This document shows positions 28,983 to 38,608 of a DNA stretch of 64,000 bases, one piece after another. The notes beneath the pieces are model-generated. The model did not search any database. It was not told where the DNA came from and saw only the letters and a program-made list of their open reading frames with translations. Every line of letters starts with the position of its first letter. The stretch's first letter is position 1. The stretch comes from Christensenella sp. UBA1428 (GTDB lineage: Bacteria; Bacillota; Clostridia; Christensenellales; UBA1750), in assembly GCA_002329335.1 (NCBI GenBank), contig DCTY01000014.1, positions 14,697 through 78,696 of the forward strand. The letters are read 5' to 3'. The translations under genes and the position numbers were made by a program.

Positions 28983-30062
28983 ATGTTCGACCTGATCATC
29001 GTCGGCGCAGGGCCTGCCGGCGCTACGCTGGCGGCGCGTACCGGCGGGCTGAAAACGCTGGTATTGGAAAAACGGCCGCTGGAGCGCCCGCAGCGCGCGG
29101 GCGATACGGAAAAATGCTGCGGCGGGCTTTTGGCGCCGGACGCGCAGCGCGTTTTTGCCGCATGCGGCTATGCGCTGGACAACGCGCTGCTGTGTTCGCC
29201 CCAAACCTTCCTGGTGCGCGCGCTGGATTTAAACAGCGGCCTTTCCCGCGCGTATCAGCGTTTTTACGCCAACATGGACCGGGAAAAGTTCGACCGTTTT
29301 CTCTTTAGCCGCATCGCCGGGTGCGATGTGCGCACCGGCTGCACGGTCAAGGACGTACGCAAAACCGACGTCGGATTCGAGGTGGAATTTCTCTTTCAGG
29401 GACGGCGCTATATCGAACAGGGCCGCTTTCTGGCCTGCGCCGACGGCGCCGGGTCGCTTTTGCGGCGCAAGATCGATCCTGCCAGCAGGCGCACACCATT
29501 GTATATCGCCATTTCGCAAACCATCGGGCTTTCCGGCCGGGAAGCGCCGTTTTATGGTTCGTATTTTGACAGCACGATCACCGATTACTATGCCTGGACG
29601 ATCCCCAAGGACGGCTTTTTGCATTTTGGTGCGGCGCTGCATCCCGGCGCAAACGCCCGGGCACAGTTTGAAACGCTCAAATCGCGGCTGATCCGCTGCG
29701 GGATTCCGCTGGACGGGCCGGTGTTGCGGACGCAGGGCGCTTATCTGGCGCGCCCCTGCCGCGTTTCCCAGATCGTGCCCGGCCGATGCGGCGCGGCGTT
29801 TTTGGGCGAGTGCGGCGGATTTATCTCCTCTTCCTCCGCCGAGGGCATCAGCTACGCCATTCAGACCGGCCTGCTGCTGGCCGAGGCGCTCAGGGCCGCC
29901 GGCGGCGACCCGCAAAACGCCCTGCGCCGCTATGAACGAAACTGCGCTGCGCTGAAAGCCAAATGCGCCGTCAAAATGGTCAAAGGCCGGGCGCTGTACC
30001 ATCCATTAACCCGCCGTCTGGCCATGCAAAGCGGCCTGACCGCCATAAAGTCCGAAACCTGA
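28983..30062 (+). CDS. FAD-dependent oxidoreductase (geranylgeranyl-reductase-like family)
   Basis: MFDLIIVGAGPAGATLAA Rossmann GxGxxG. The track ATG at 28977 abuts the AAGGGGA SD. The second ATG at 28983 has better spacing. Confidence 0.8.
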   Translation: MFDLIIVGAGPAGATLAARTGGLKTLVLEKRPLERPQRAGDTEKCCGGLLAPDAQRVFAACGYALDNALLCSPQTFLVRALDLNSGLSRAYQRFYANMDREKFDRFLFSRIAGCDVRTGCTVKDVRKTDVGFEVEFLFQGRRYIEQGRFLACADGAGSLLRRKIDPASRRTPLYIAISQTIGLSGREAPFYGSYFDSTITDYYAWTIPKDGFLHFGAALHPGANARAQFETLKSRLIRCGIPLDGPVLRTQGAYLARPCRVSQIVPGRCGAAFLGECGGFISSSSAEGISYAIQTGLLLAEALRAAGGDPQNALRRYERNCAALKAKCAVKMVKGRALYHPLTRRLAMQSGLTAIKSET

Positions 30063-30217
30063 CCCGAAACTGCGCGACGCCCCGCCGCGCAGCCTCAGCG
30101 TGTCAAAAACAGCCTTAAGGAGGGATGGTCAGGGAAACGCCGCCTTCCTGGCTTACAATCCCGGCATCGCCGGCTTTGCCGATAAGCGGACAAAAATCGT
30201 TCCATTTTCATGCTTTG

Positions 30218-30263
30218 CAGCCCTGCAGGCGTCTTTTGGCGCGCTGCAGGGCTGTTTTATTTT
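30218..30263 (+). terminator. intrinsic terminator ~155 nt downstream of the oxidoreductase gene
   Basis: CAGCCCTGCAG-15 nt-CTGCAGGGCTG followed by TTTTATTTT. Confidence 0.7.
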
Positions 30264-30321
30264 CACCTGGCTTCCAGGCAAAATTGCCATAATCTTCACG
30301 GGCCGCCAAAGGCGCGGCGCT

Positions 30322-31914
30322 TTACGGCCCTTCGATGCGCGCAAACCGAACGCGGCAAAGCCATCGGTATAACAGCGCCGTCAGCCCAAGGAGCAAGCCG
30401 CAAAGCGCCGCCGGCAAAACGGCGCGCGCCTGCGGCAGCAAAAACATCGCGGCAATTGCACAAGCGGCCGCCAAAAAGCTGCCCAGCATGGCAACCAGCA
30501 CGGAGCCGCTCTGCTTGACAACCGTCGTTTCCGCGTCCCATTTCATCACCGGCATTTTCACATTAACCGCCATTGCAAAAACCGCGCTGAAAAGCGCGAA
30601 CGCCGCCGGCACCGCAAACAGCCAGACGCCCTGCGCCGCGCCCGGACGCAGACCTGCCGCAGCCAGCGCCGAGGCAACCAGGCAGCTGGGCAGCGCCAGC
30701 GTCAGCTGCATGAGAATTTTGCTGTCCAGAACGGTCTTTTCCCATACCGGCAGCGTTTTGACGATCCACCACTGACGTCCCTCCATCGAAAGCGCGCAGC
30801 TGGTCGTCGGCGTCATCCCCGCGATCAGTCCAAGCACGACCGGCACGGCATCCTCCATTGCAAGGTTCATCCCCAAAGCGGCTTTGACCGAATCCAGGCC
30901 GAAAAAGCACAGCGCCGCGCCGGTTATCACCAGCAAAACCTCGCCCATCAGCGTGTTGAGCACATAAACGCTGGAGGCAAAATACCGCCGAAATTCCTTT
31001 TGATACAGCGCCCGAAGCGCACTTTTTTGCACCTGATCCCCAAGCGTATAGCGTTTTGCAGCGCTGCGGCTTTCAAGCGCAGTACAGATTTTTGAAAACC
31101 GGCGCGCTGTCAGCGCGACAAACGCCGCGCAGACCCCCACGGACAAAATCGCAAAGAGCAGATACGGCAGCGGCGCAGCGCCCGTCACGCCGTCTGAAAA
31201 GAGCCGTGCGGGCGGATAAGCCCAAAACAGCTGCGTCATAAGCGTTTCCCCCAGCGCGCCCAGCGCCTGTGCAGAAACGGTTTCCAGCTTTGCCGGCGCA
31301 AGGAAGGATACCGCCATCGCGCCCAGCGTCACCGCAAAGGAAAGCACAATGACCACTGCGTTTTTATGGCGCATCCTGCCGGCCGCCGCCTGGATCAGCG
31401 CACCCAGAATGCTGGCCGCCGTCAGCGGCAAAAGCGGCAAAAGCAGCGCGCCGCCGGCCATCATGGCGTAAAACGCCGCGCCCGGGTGTTCAAACCAGGC
31501 GTACACCGCCGCAGCCGGTATCAGGATCAGCAGGCTCAGCGCCGCGTCCATGACATACATCGTGAGAAACCGGCTTGCCACAATGGCGGCAGGCGCAACC
31601 GGCAGCACGATCTGACGCTGATAAAGCCCGACGTCAAAAATCAGCGAGCCGGCTTTGAAAAACGTAAAAACCAACACGACCAGGCTTAAAACAACCGCCA
31701 TATATCCCGGGATCGCCCGGGCCAGGCCCAACACCCCAAGGCCGACGCAAAACGCGCCGACATACAGCACCGCAACGACGCCAAGAAATGCAAACGCAGC
31801 AAACAGCAGCCACTGACGCCGGCGTTTGGCGGGATCCCTGCCGTAGCGCGCCTCATTGACGCCCATCAGGTTGATAAATGCCGGACGGCAAAGCAGCAGG
31901 ATCTGCCTAAGCAT
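30322..31914 (-). CDS. polytopic membrane protein, putative ABC exporter permease
   Basis: 530 aa with about 12 hydrophobic segments. The start overlaps the upstream ABC ATPase stop by 8 nt. Confidence 0.8.
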   Translation of the reverse strand: MLRQILLLCRPAFINLMGVNEARYGRDPAKRRRQWLLFAAFAFLGVVAVLYVGAFCVGLGVLGLARAIPGYMAVVLSLVVLVFTFFKAGSLIFDVGLYQRQIVLPVAPAAIVASRFLTMYVMDAALSLLILIPAAAVYAWFEHPGAAFYAMMAGGALLLPLLPLTAASILGALIQAAAGRMRHKNAVVIVLSFAVTLGAMAVSFLAPAKLETVSAQALGALGETLMTQLFWAYPPARLFSDGVTGAAPLPYLLFAILSVGVCAAFVALTARRFSKICTALESRSAAKRYTLGDQVQKSALRALYQKEFRRYFASSVYVLNTLMGEVLLVITGAALCFFGLDSVKAALGMNLAMEDAVPVVLGLIAGMTPTTSCALSMEGRQWWIVKTLPVWEKTVLDSKILMQLTLALPSCLVASALAAAGLRPGAAQGVWLFAVPAAFALFSAVFAMAVNVKMPVMKWDAETTVVKQSGSVLVAMLGSFLAAACAIAAMFLLPQARAVLPAALCGLLLGLTALLYRWLCRVRFARIEGP

Positions 31915-32620
31915 CGCTTTGCACCTCCATAAAGACCGACTCGAGCGACTGCCCGGCAGTCACGTCGCGCATATCCCCCGAAGCGATCAGCGCGCCGTCC
32001 TTGATGATGGCCACCTTATTGCACAGCTTTTCCGCCACATCCAGCACATGGGTGGAAAAGAAAATGGCCCCGCCCTTCCGGCAAAGATCGCCCATGATCT
32101 GTTTGAGCGTCAGCGCGGATTTGGGATCCAGCCCGACAAACGGCTCATCAAGCACCAGCAGGCGCGGCTGATGGATCAGCGCGCTTAAAATCGCCAGTTT
32201 CTGCTTCATACCGTGAGAATACGTCCCGATCAGATCGCCCAGCGCCGGCGTAATTTCAAACGCGTCGCCGTATTGCCCGATGCGCCCGGTGCGTTCACGC
32301 GCGCTCACGCCAAACACGTCCGCAATGAAATTCAGATACTGCACGCCGGTGAGCGCATCGTACAAATCCGGATTGTCCGGAATGTAGGCCGTAGACGCCT
32401 TGCACAAAAGCGGCTGCGTGCGCACGCTGTTGCCGTCAATAAAAATCTCTCCCGCGTCAAAATCATGGATGCCCACGACGCATTTGATGGTCGTGGTTTT
32501 TCCCGCGCCGTTGGGTCCGATAAAACCGTACAGGTCGCCCGCAGCGGCGTGAAGCGACAAATTGCGCACGGCCTGCTTGCCGCCGCGGTAGGTTTTGCTC
32601 AGATTTTGAATTTTCAGCAT
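31907..32620 (-). CDS. ABC transporter ATP-binding protein
   Basis: 237 aa with Walker A GPNGAGKTT, signature YSHGMKQKL, and Walker B LLVLDEPFVGLD. Confidence 0.92.
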   Translation of the reverse strand: MLKIQNLSKTYRGGKQAVRNLSLHAAAGDLYGFIGPNGAGKTTTIKCVVGIHDFDAGEIFIDGNSVRTQPLLCKASTAYIPDNPDLYDALTGVQYLNFIADVFGVSARERTGRIGQYGDAFEITPALGDLIGTYSHGMKQKLAILSALIHQPRLLVLDEPFVGLDPKSALTLKQIMGDLCRKGGAIFFSTHVLDVAEKLCNKVAIIKDGALIASGDMRDVTAGQSLESVFMEVQSDA

Positions 32621-32624
32621 ACAA

Positions 32625-33143
32625 TCATCCTTTCTCCCCGCCGGGCGAGGAAATCATCGTCAGCAGGCGCGCCCTGCGATCCGGACGGGGCTGGTTGCGC
32701 AGCACCTTTTCATAGGCCTGCCCAATGGTCTGGGTCAGCTGGGCAAATTCTTCGTCGGAGAGCATCAGCGTACAGGAGGATACAAAAAGCATATCCCCCA
32801 CCGGGTCAGCATCGGGATTTTTAAAATACCGGGCAAAAGCTCCGGCAAGGCCGAAGAGCATCTGCTGGATCAAAAGCGCGCCGTCCCCCTGCGAAAGGGC
32901 GGCCATCTTCTCCCGGCAGATCCCATAGGTGCGCTGCGTTGCCCCGCGCACCGCCTTTTGTGCAGTCACCTGGATCAGCTGCGCGTCCAAAAGCATCCTG
33001 ACCTGACGGTACAGCGTCGCCCGGGGGACGTCCGTAAGCGCATCCGCCAGCTGCCCCACCGTTAAAGCGCCGTTTAAAATCAGCTGCTGCACAATACGCT
33101 GGCGCACCGGGTGCAAAAGCAGCCGGGCCAAATCCGATTTCAA
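32625..33143 (-). CDS. winged-helix (ArsR-like) transcriptional regulator
   Basis: 172 aa: LLHPVRQRIVQQLILNGALTVGQLADALTDVPRATLYRQVRMLLDAQLI. TTG start with AAAGGA 9 nt upstream. First gene of the ABC operon. Confidence 0.8.
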   Translation of the reverse strand: MKSDLARLLLHPVRQRIVQQLILNGALTVGQLADALTDVPRATLYRQVRMLLDAQLIQVTAQKAVRGATQRTYGICREKMAALSQGDGALLIQQMLFGLAGAFARYFKNPDADPVGDMLFVSSCTLMLSDEEFAQLTQTIGQAYEKVLRNQPRPDRRARLLTMISSPGGEKG

Positions 33144-33159
33144 GCCATTTCATCCTTTC

Positions 33160-33215
33160 TCAAAATCAACATTATTCTCAATTTTGATATTAATCAATAT
33201 CCAGCTTTTTGTCAA
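33160..33215 (-). promoter_or_regulatory. promoter of the wHTH-ABC operon with overlapping inverted repeats
   Basis: Minus strand has TTGACA (33210..33215), a 17-nt spacer, and TAATAT (33187..33192). IR TTGAT-atta-ATCAA covers the -10. A second IR, TCAAAAT-14 nt-ATTTTGA (33160..33187), sits in the leader. Confidence 0.65.
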
Positions 33216-33226
33216 TCCTCCGAAAC

Positions 33227-33260
33227 AAAAAAATTGCCGTCTGCCTTTTGCAAACGGCAA
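33227..33260 (-). terminator. intrinsic terminator after the DUF2812-like gene
   Basis: Minus strand reads ATTGCCGTTTGCAAAAGGCAGACGGCAAT followed by TTTTTTTG. Confidence 0.85.
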
Positions 33261-33317
33261 TCCGCACGCCGGATTTTGCCCGAACCCTGCTTTCCCTGCC
33301 GGGGTTTTCCGGCCGCG

Positions 33318-34523
33318 CTAAAGCCCTGCGTCCAGCGCCTGCACCCATTGGGCATAGGGAATCTGCGCGCCGGTTTGGTAAAAGGTCGCGCGCAGCACGC
33401 GATCGCCCTTTTGGAGCACCACGGTCGGGAACAGCGCGGCATACCCATAGGCCTGCTGCGCGGTCAGCTGCGGCAAGTCAAGCGGCTGATAGCGTTTCTG
33501 ATTGCTGTGCCAGTCGCGCCGGGCCAGCTCCTGCGCCAACACCTTTGCAAGCCACGGCGATGCCGTCTGATAATAGCGTACGTCCAGCCCGCCCGAAACC
33601 GTCTGCCCATCCGGCAAGCGCAGGCTGCCCGCCTGATCAAATTCTATGGCCACAGGCGCCAGAATGTCGGATTTGACCCAAATCTTGTTGCTGTACGTCA
33701 TCCCCTTTTCCGCCGTATAAACGCTGCCGGGCGCAAAATCCGCCATGGTGGCAAACGGAATCGGCTGATCGTATTGCGCAAGATCCACGCGCCCCACCTC
33801 CATGACCGCGTCGTTCCACAAATGGATCCGCGCGCCAAACCACACCAGCGCCAGCAGGACAAAGCCGATCCCTTCCGCCTGAAACCGGCCCCTGGCCGCG
33901 CGCCAATCCTTTTGATGATTGGGCTGCTGCCCGTCCCGCAGGCGCCTGCGCAGCCCGTTCATATAGCGCAGCTGCGCAATTTCCGTGCCCAGCGCCGAAA
34001 GCACCAGCAGCGCCCCCAGCAGATAAAACCAGGTGCCCGTTTCAATCATCCCCTGCAAAAAGCCGCCCCAAACACAGCACAGCGGATAAATGGCCAGCCA
34101 GAGGATCAGCCAGATCAGCCCGCCGCGCATCCGTTTTTCCACGCATTTGAGCGCCATGGCCTGCACCACCGGGTCGGTATGCAATTCTACCGCATCGCCG
34201 CTTGCCGCATAGATATGAAAATCGCCGCGCGTGGCCACATACGCCCATCCGTACGCCTGGTTAAGCGCAACCTCCTGCTCGTCGGGCGCGCCGTCGTCAG
34301 GGGAAAACAGGCCCGCACTTTTGGACGCGGCGGAAAGCCGGTAGCGCATCGCAGCCGATTCCCGGCGTTCAAAAATTGCAAATCCGGCAAAAAAGCCGTC
34401 CTTACCCAGCACCAGCCCCTGCGCCGCCATGTCGGAAAGCCAGCTTTCCGTGCCCTCCACATCATAGGCGGGACAGGGCGGAAACCGCCACGCATGGCGG
34501 ATCTGATCGGGATCTGTGCGCAT
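33318..34523 (-). CDS. DUF2812-like membrane protein (PadR-associated)
   Basis: 401 aa from the ATG at 34523 (MRTDPDQIRHAWRFPPCPAYDVEGTESWLSDMAAQGLVL...), with central TM segments. The start abuts the PadR stop. The track start at 34757 runs through the PadR gene and is rejected. Family name is from memory. Confidence 0.8.
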   Translation of the reverse strand: MRTDPDQIRHAWRFPPCPAYDVEGTESWLSDMAAQGLVLGKDGFFAGFAIFERRESAAMRYRLSAASKSAGLFSPDDGAPDEQEVALNQAYGWAYVATRGDFHIYAASGDAVELHTDPVVQAMALKCVEKRMRGGLIWLILWLAIYPLCCVWGGFLQGMIETGTWFYLLGALLVLSALGTEIAQLRYMNGLRRRLRDGQQPNHQKDWRAARGRFQAEGIGFVLLALVWFGARIHLWNDAVMEVGRVDLAQYDQPIPFATMADFAPGSVYTAEKGMTYSNKIWVKSDILAPVAIEFDQAGSLRLPDGQTVSGGLDVRYYQTASPWLAKVLAQELARRDWHSNQKRYQPLDLPQLTAQQAYGYAALFPTVVLQKGDRVLRATFYQTGAQIPYAQWVQALDAGL

Positions 34524-34524
34524 T

Positions 34525-34839
34525 TTAATCGCTCCTTTCGCTCTGGGCATCCTGCACGCAGCGGCAAAGCCGCGACAGCTCCTCCTGATAGGCGTCGCGG
34601 CCGCGCTGGGTGATCTGATAGGTGCGTTTTCGCCCATCCACCTGGATTTGTTCCAGATATTTTTCCTTCTCAAATTTTCCCAGGATCGTATAAAGCGTCG
34701 CCGGACCCAGATTGATCCGTCCTGCGGTTTTCCGCTGGATAAACTGCGCCGCTTCAATGCCGCACAGCGGCCCGCGGCAAAACGCCATCAGCACATAAAA
34801 CATCGATTCCGTCAGGCTTTCAAGCGCTTTTTTCGGCAT
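34525..34839 (-). CDS. PadR family transcriptional regulator
   Basis: 104 aa: ESMFYVLMAF...GPATLYTILGKFEKEKYLE...GRKRTYQITQRGRDAY. Confidence 0.9.
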   Translation of the reverse strand: MPKKALESLTESMFYVLMAFCRGPLCGIEAAQFIQRKTAGRINLGPATLYTILGKFEKEKYLEQIQVDGRKRTYQITQRGRDAYQEELSRLCRCVQDAQSERSD

Positions 34840-34922
34840 CCGGCACGCCTCCTCTCCGATATCGTTTCATGATATCATCTAACGATATTATAAAATGGCT
34901 GCCGCAGGCTGTCAAGAGGGAT

Positions 34923-34959
34923 AAAAAAACGGCGCGCATTTTTTCCGATGCGCGCCGTT
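34923..34959 (-). terminator. intrinsic terminator after the 514-aa gene
   Basis: Minus strand reads AACGGCGCGCATCGGAAAAAATGCGCGCCGTT followed by TTTTTTAT. Confidence 0.85.
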
Positions 34960-34996
34960 TCAGATCGATTGGATCCGAAAAATTTCAAAAAACGAT

Positions 34997-36541
34997 TTAG
35001 TAAATGGCCCTCGGGATCAGATCCATCCGCCCCTGCACGGCGGCCTGTACGGCCAGCACAATCAGCGGATCCTGGCTGTCAACGGGGAATCCGTCTGCGC
35101 GGTGGCGGTAGCCGGCAGCAACGGGCATGTGGGTAAAATAGCCCTCCTTCGTATAATCGGCGATGATATTGTCGGCAATCCGCTGCGCCAGCGCCAGGTA
35201 TGCGCCGCCCAATTTTTCATGCAGCGCCAGCATGGCCATCGCCGCCGCGCCGTCGGCACATGCAGCCGACAGATTCAGCGCCGCGCCGCTGCCGTCCATC
35301 GCGCCGATATCGCCAAGCCCGAGCCCGCCGGCCATCTGCCGCGCGGTCTGCCACAGCTCCTGATCGCCCAGCAGCAGCGCCGTTTTGACATAGGCCAGCA
35401 GGAACCGGCCGTTGGCGTCAAACTGCACAAAACGCGAACCGTCGCCGTAATAACCGGGACGCTTGGGCACAAAGCCGCTCAGATCCTGGCCGTCGGCAAG
35501 CATCGGCCGCAGCTTGTTGGTTTGAGGAATGTAGGCGTATTTGGCATAGGCGCGCAGATTTTCTCCGACCACCTCAAGCATATGCGCGGCGGGCTTGACG
35601 CCGCTTTGCACATAATATGCCACGACCTGGGGATTGAGCCCGTAAATGGAATTGGCCTGCTGCTCCAAAATCACATTGGCTTCCAGCGCGTGCTGCCCCA
35701 GCTCCGGTCCAAGCTGCCGTTTGGCACGGTCGCCGTAGGGCGATGTCGTGATGGTAAAATCGTCGGTCTCCATGCGTTTTTTGGCCTGAGAAAACTGATA
35801 GACGCCCAGCTTCGTGTCCGGATTGCGGCACATGGCATAGATATCAAACAGCTTGGCTCCCCATTTGAGCGCGCCCTCGTCGCCGGTATGGTTATACAGG
35901 TTGATCGCAGAGAACATCAGGTCGTTGCCGGTATTGAGGAAGGAAAGGCCGATGCGCGGTTCGAAGGGCTCGATTTCGCGGAACGGGCGCTCCCAGATAT
36001 CCTCCAGGCTCTTGCCGTTCTCCTGGCTGTGGCGGCCCATTTCAAAATTCTCCCAGCTGTAAATATGACCGTTCCAGAACGCTTTGACAAATTTTTCCGC
36101 AGCCCCGGCGTCCGCATCGAACATCAGATCATAGTAGGGAAAATCATTTTTCAGCTCGTGTACCTTGTTTTTTTCACCGTTATCCTCGAGCGTCAAAAGA
36201 TCGATATAGCGATGGCCGCCCCAGCGCAGAAGCCCGGTGGGCAGCACGAGGTTTTTAAAATGATAGTCGTACATCGCCCGCGCGCGATCACGATAGGTAA
36301 AATCGCCGGTCAGCGCGCTTAAAAGCACCATGGCCCGCAGCAGGTTCTGTTGATGGGCTAGGTCGCTGCTGACCACCATCCGATCGCCGTAAACGGGCTT
36401 CATCTGCGGCGGGCGGCCGGTTTCCCAGTTGATAAAATCCGCCACCAGGGGCGTCGGCGGGGTGCGGTATTGATCCCCGGCGTTTTTCAGCACCTGATCC
36501 ACGTGGCGCCTGGCCGCGCTCAGATAATCGGCATGTGACAT
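34997..36541 (-). CDS. uncharacterised cytoplasmic protein, probably an alpha-helical-repeat polysaccharide-active enzyme (lyase/hydrolase-like; family not identified)
   Basis: 514 aa with a GGAGG RBS and no signal peptide. Helix-rich repeats (LLRAMVLLSALTGDFTYRDRA...). Divergent from GH51 abfA. The functional call is context-based only. Confidence 0.6.
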   Translation of the reverse strand: MSHADYLSAARRHVDQVLKNAGDQYRTPPTPLVADFINWETGRPPQMKPVYGDRMVVSSDLAHQQNLLRAMVLLSALTGDFTYRDRARAMYDYHFKNLVLPTGLLRWGGHRYIDLLTLEDNGEKNKVHELKNDFPYYDLMFDADAGAAEKFVKAFWNGHIYSWENFEMGRHSQENGKSLEDIWERPFREIEPFEPRIGLSFLNTGNDLMFSAINLYNHTGDEGALKWGAKLFDIYAMCRNPDTKLGVYQFSQAKKRMETDDFTITTSPYGDRAKRQLGPELGQHALEANVILEQQANSIYGLNPQVVAYYVQSGVKPAAHMLEVVGENLRAYAKYAYIPQTNKLRPMLADGQDLSGFVPKRPGYYGDGSRFVQFDANGRFLLAYVKTALLLGDQELWQTARQMAGGLGLGDIGAMDGSGAALNLSAACADGAAAMAMLALHEKLGGAYLALAQRIADNIIADYTKEGYFTHMPVAAGYRHRADGFPVDSQDPLIVLAVQAAVQGRMDLIPRAIY

Positions 36542-36700
36542 GAAAGGAGCCTCCTTTTTTGCGGATAAACCGCAGGTTCATTTTTAAACGATGAACATAT
36601 TATACATGTTTCTGCATTCCTTGTCAAACCGGGTTTCCCGGTGCTGTCGTCAAAGATTGCAGGCGCTGTGGCGATTCGTCGGCAAGCTTTTCAAAAACAG

Positions 36701-36729
36701 TTGACAAGGCGGCGCCGGCATGGTATGAA
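36701..36729 (+). promoter_or_regulatory. sigma-A-type promoter of the GH51 gene
   Basis: TTGACA, 17-nt spacer, TATGAA, located 36 nt before the ATG. Confidence 0.6.
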
Positions 36730-36764
36730 AGAAGTATTCCACCACAATCAAAGGAGGCGCTTGT

Positions 36765-38246
36765 ATGAACAGGCTGACCGTCAATCTTTCCAAACCCATG
36801 GGCACGATTCACCGCAACCTCTACGGGCATTTTTCCGAGCATCTGGGCAGATGCATCTACGGCGGCATTTATGTCGGGCCGGACAGTCCGATTCCCAACC
36901 AAAACGGCATGCGCACCGACGTGGTGCAGGCGTTAAAGCATATTGCCATTCCCGTGCTGCGCTGGCCGGGCGGCTGTTTTGCCGACGAGTATCACTGGAT
37001 GGACGGCATCGGCCCCAAGAGCGCCCGCAAACGGATGGTCAACACCCACTGGGGCGGCGTGGTGGAAGACAACAGCTTCGGCACGCATGAATTTATGGAG
37101 CTTTGCCGGCAGCTGGGCTGCGAGCCGTATATCAACGCCAATCTCGGCAGCGGCACAGTGCAGGAGATGAGCCAATGGGTCGAATATCTGACCTTTGACG
37201 GCGTATCGCCCATGGCGGACAAGCGCGCACAAAACGGCAGGATGGAACCCTGGCGGGTCAAATACTGGGGCGTAGGCAATGAAAACTGGGGCTGCGGCGG
37301 CAACATGCGTCCGGAATTTTACGCCGACCAATACCGCCGGTATCAGACCTATTGCCGCAATTACGGGGAAAACCGGCTGTACAAAATCGCCTGCGGCGCC
37401 AACAGCTTTGACTATGACTGGACGGACAAAGTGCTTCAGATCGCCGGCCGCTATATGGACGCGATCACCCTGCATTATTATACCGTCCCCGGCTCGTGGC
37501 AGCACAAGGGCAGCGCAACGGCATTTACCAGGGAAGAATATTACCGTACGCTTGAAAAAGCGCTGCAAATGGAGCCGCTTTTGGACAACCACATCCGCAT
37601 AATGGACATGCGCGACCCTCAGGGCCGCATCGGGCTGATTGTGGACGAATGGGGCGCCTGGTATGACGTGGAACCGGACACCAACCCCGGGTTCCTCTAC
37701 CAGCAAAACACCATGCGCGACGCGCTGGTCGCCGCTGCGACGCTCAACATTTTTAACCAGCACTGCCGCCGCGTCGTTATGGCCAACCTGGCGCAGACGG
37801 TCAACGTCCTGCAATCGGTCATCCTCACCGAAGGGGATCAAATGGTATTGACGCCAACCTATCATGTGTTTGACCTGTACAAGGCCCATCAGGACGCTGC
37901 GCTGCTTGAAAGCCATGTGCAGGCGCCCATGGTCGGCCAGGACGGCGCGCAGGTGCCTGCGCTGCATGTGTCGGCATCCCAAAAGGCAGGCGGGCGGGTA
38001 CACCTGACGTTGGCGAACCTGTCGGACCAGCAATCCTATGCGATCCACTGCAATCTGACCGGTCAGGCCGTTTCCGGGCGGCTTCTGCACGGCGCGCCCC
38101 AGGCGCATAACACGTTTGACGCGCCCGATACGGTACGCCCGCAGCCGCTGGACGGCGTCTGCATGGACGGGCACGGGCTGCGCTTTGAAATTCCGCCCTG
38201 CGCCGTGGCTGCCATTGAAATCGAGGCGGCGCATGAAGCCCTGTAG
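36765..38246 (+). CDS. abfA: alpha-L-arabinofuranosidase, GH51
   Basis: 493 aa: [24 protein letters not shown]...[14 protein letters not shown]...[12 protein letters not shown] (catalytic NE). AAGGAGG RBS. Confidence 0.92.
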   Translation: MNRLTVNLSKPMGTIHRNLYGHFSEHLGRCIYGGIYVGPDSPIPNQNGMRTDVVQALKHIAIPVLRWPGGCFADEYHWMDGIGPKSARKRMVNTHWGGVVEDNSFGTHEFMELCRQLGCEPYINANLGSGTVQEMSQWVEYLTFDGVSPMADKRAQNGRMEPWRVKYWGVGNENWGCGGNMRPEFYADQYRRYQTYCRNYGENRLYKIACGANSFDYDWTDKVLQIAGRYMDAITLHYYTVPGSWQHKGSATAFTREEYYRTLEKALQMEPLLDNHIRIMDMRDPQGRIGLIVDEWGAWYDVEPDTNPGFLYQQNTMRDALVAAATLNIFNQHCRRVVMANLAQTVNVLQSVILTEGDQMVLTPTYHVFDLYKAHQDAALLESHVQAPMVGQDGAQVPALHVSASQKAGGRVHLTLANLSDQQSYAIHCNLTGQAVSGRLLHGAPQAHNTFDAPDTVRPQPLDGVCMDGHGLRFEIPPCAVAAIEIEAAHEAL

Positions 38247-38517
38247 GCGCTGCCTGATCGATGCGCCGGATGGGGCGGCGCTGCTTGAAGCGATTCGCGC
38301 GCGGCTTGACAGCCTGCCGGACGATCAGAAAGCGCCCCAAAGCGTTTATGAAAACCGGCTTGCCGCCTGTCAGCGCTGCGACCAGCTCGTCGGCGGCACC
38401 TGCCGGCAATGCGGTTGTTTTGTGCTGCTGCGCGCGGCCAAGCGCGCCATGGGCTGCCCCGCGCCGCAGCCCAAATGGACGCGCTGGCCTGATGATCCGG
38501 AGGGAATTGGCCCTTGA
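38233..38517 (+). CDS. small Cys-rich protein (94 aa, 8 Cys; DUF6171-like from memory)
   Basis: [12 protein letters not shown]...[38 protein letters not shown]. The ATG lies 14 nt inside the end of abfA. The track lists it within ORF 38116..38517. Confidence 0.65.
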   Translation: MKPCRRCLIDAPDGAALLEAIRARLDSLPDDQKAPQSVYENRLAACQRCDQLVGGTCRQCGCFVLLRAAKRAMGCPAPQPKWTRWPDDPEGIGP

Positions 38518-38608
38518 AGGATTGCCCATTTGTGTTTATAATGGGAAATCATACCAATGCGGCCCGAAAAAGCGCATGGCTTTTCGGGCACGCCGGAAGG
38601 TGCCTATC

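Noticed and set aside
30063-30217. Possible small ORF after AAGGAGGG at ~30113 in the 155-nt gap before the terminator.
   Set aside because: The ATG abuts the SD with essentially no spacing, the peptide has no features, and the alternative-frame track ORF (30100..30372) runs through the terminator.
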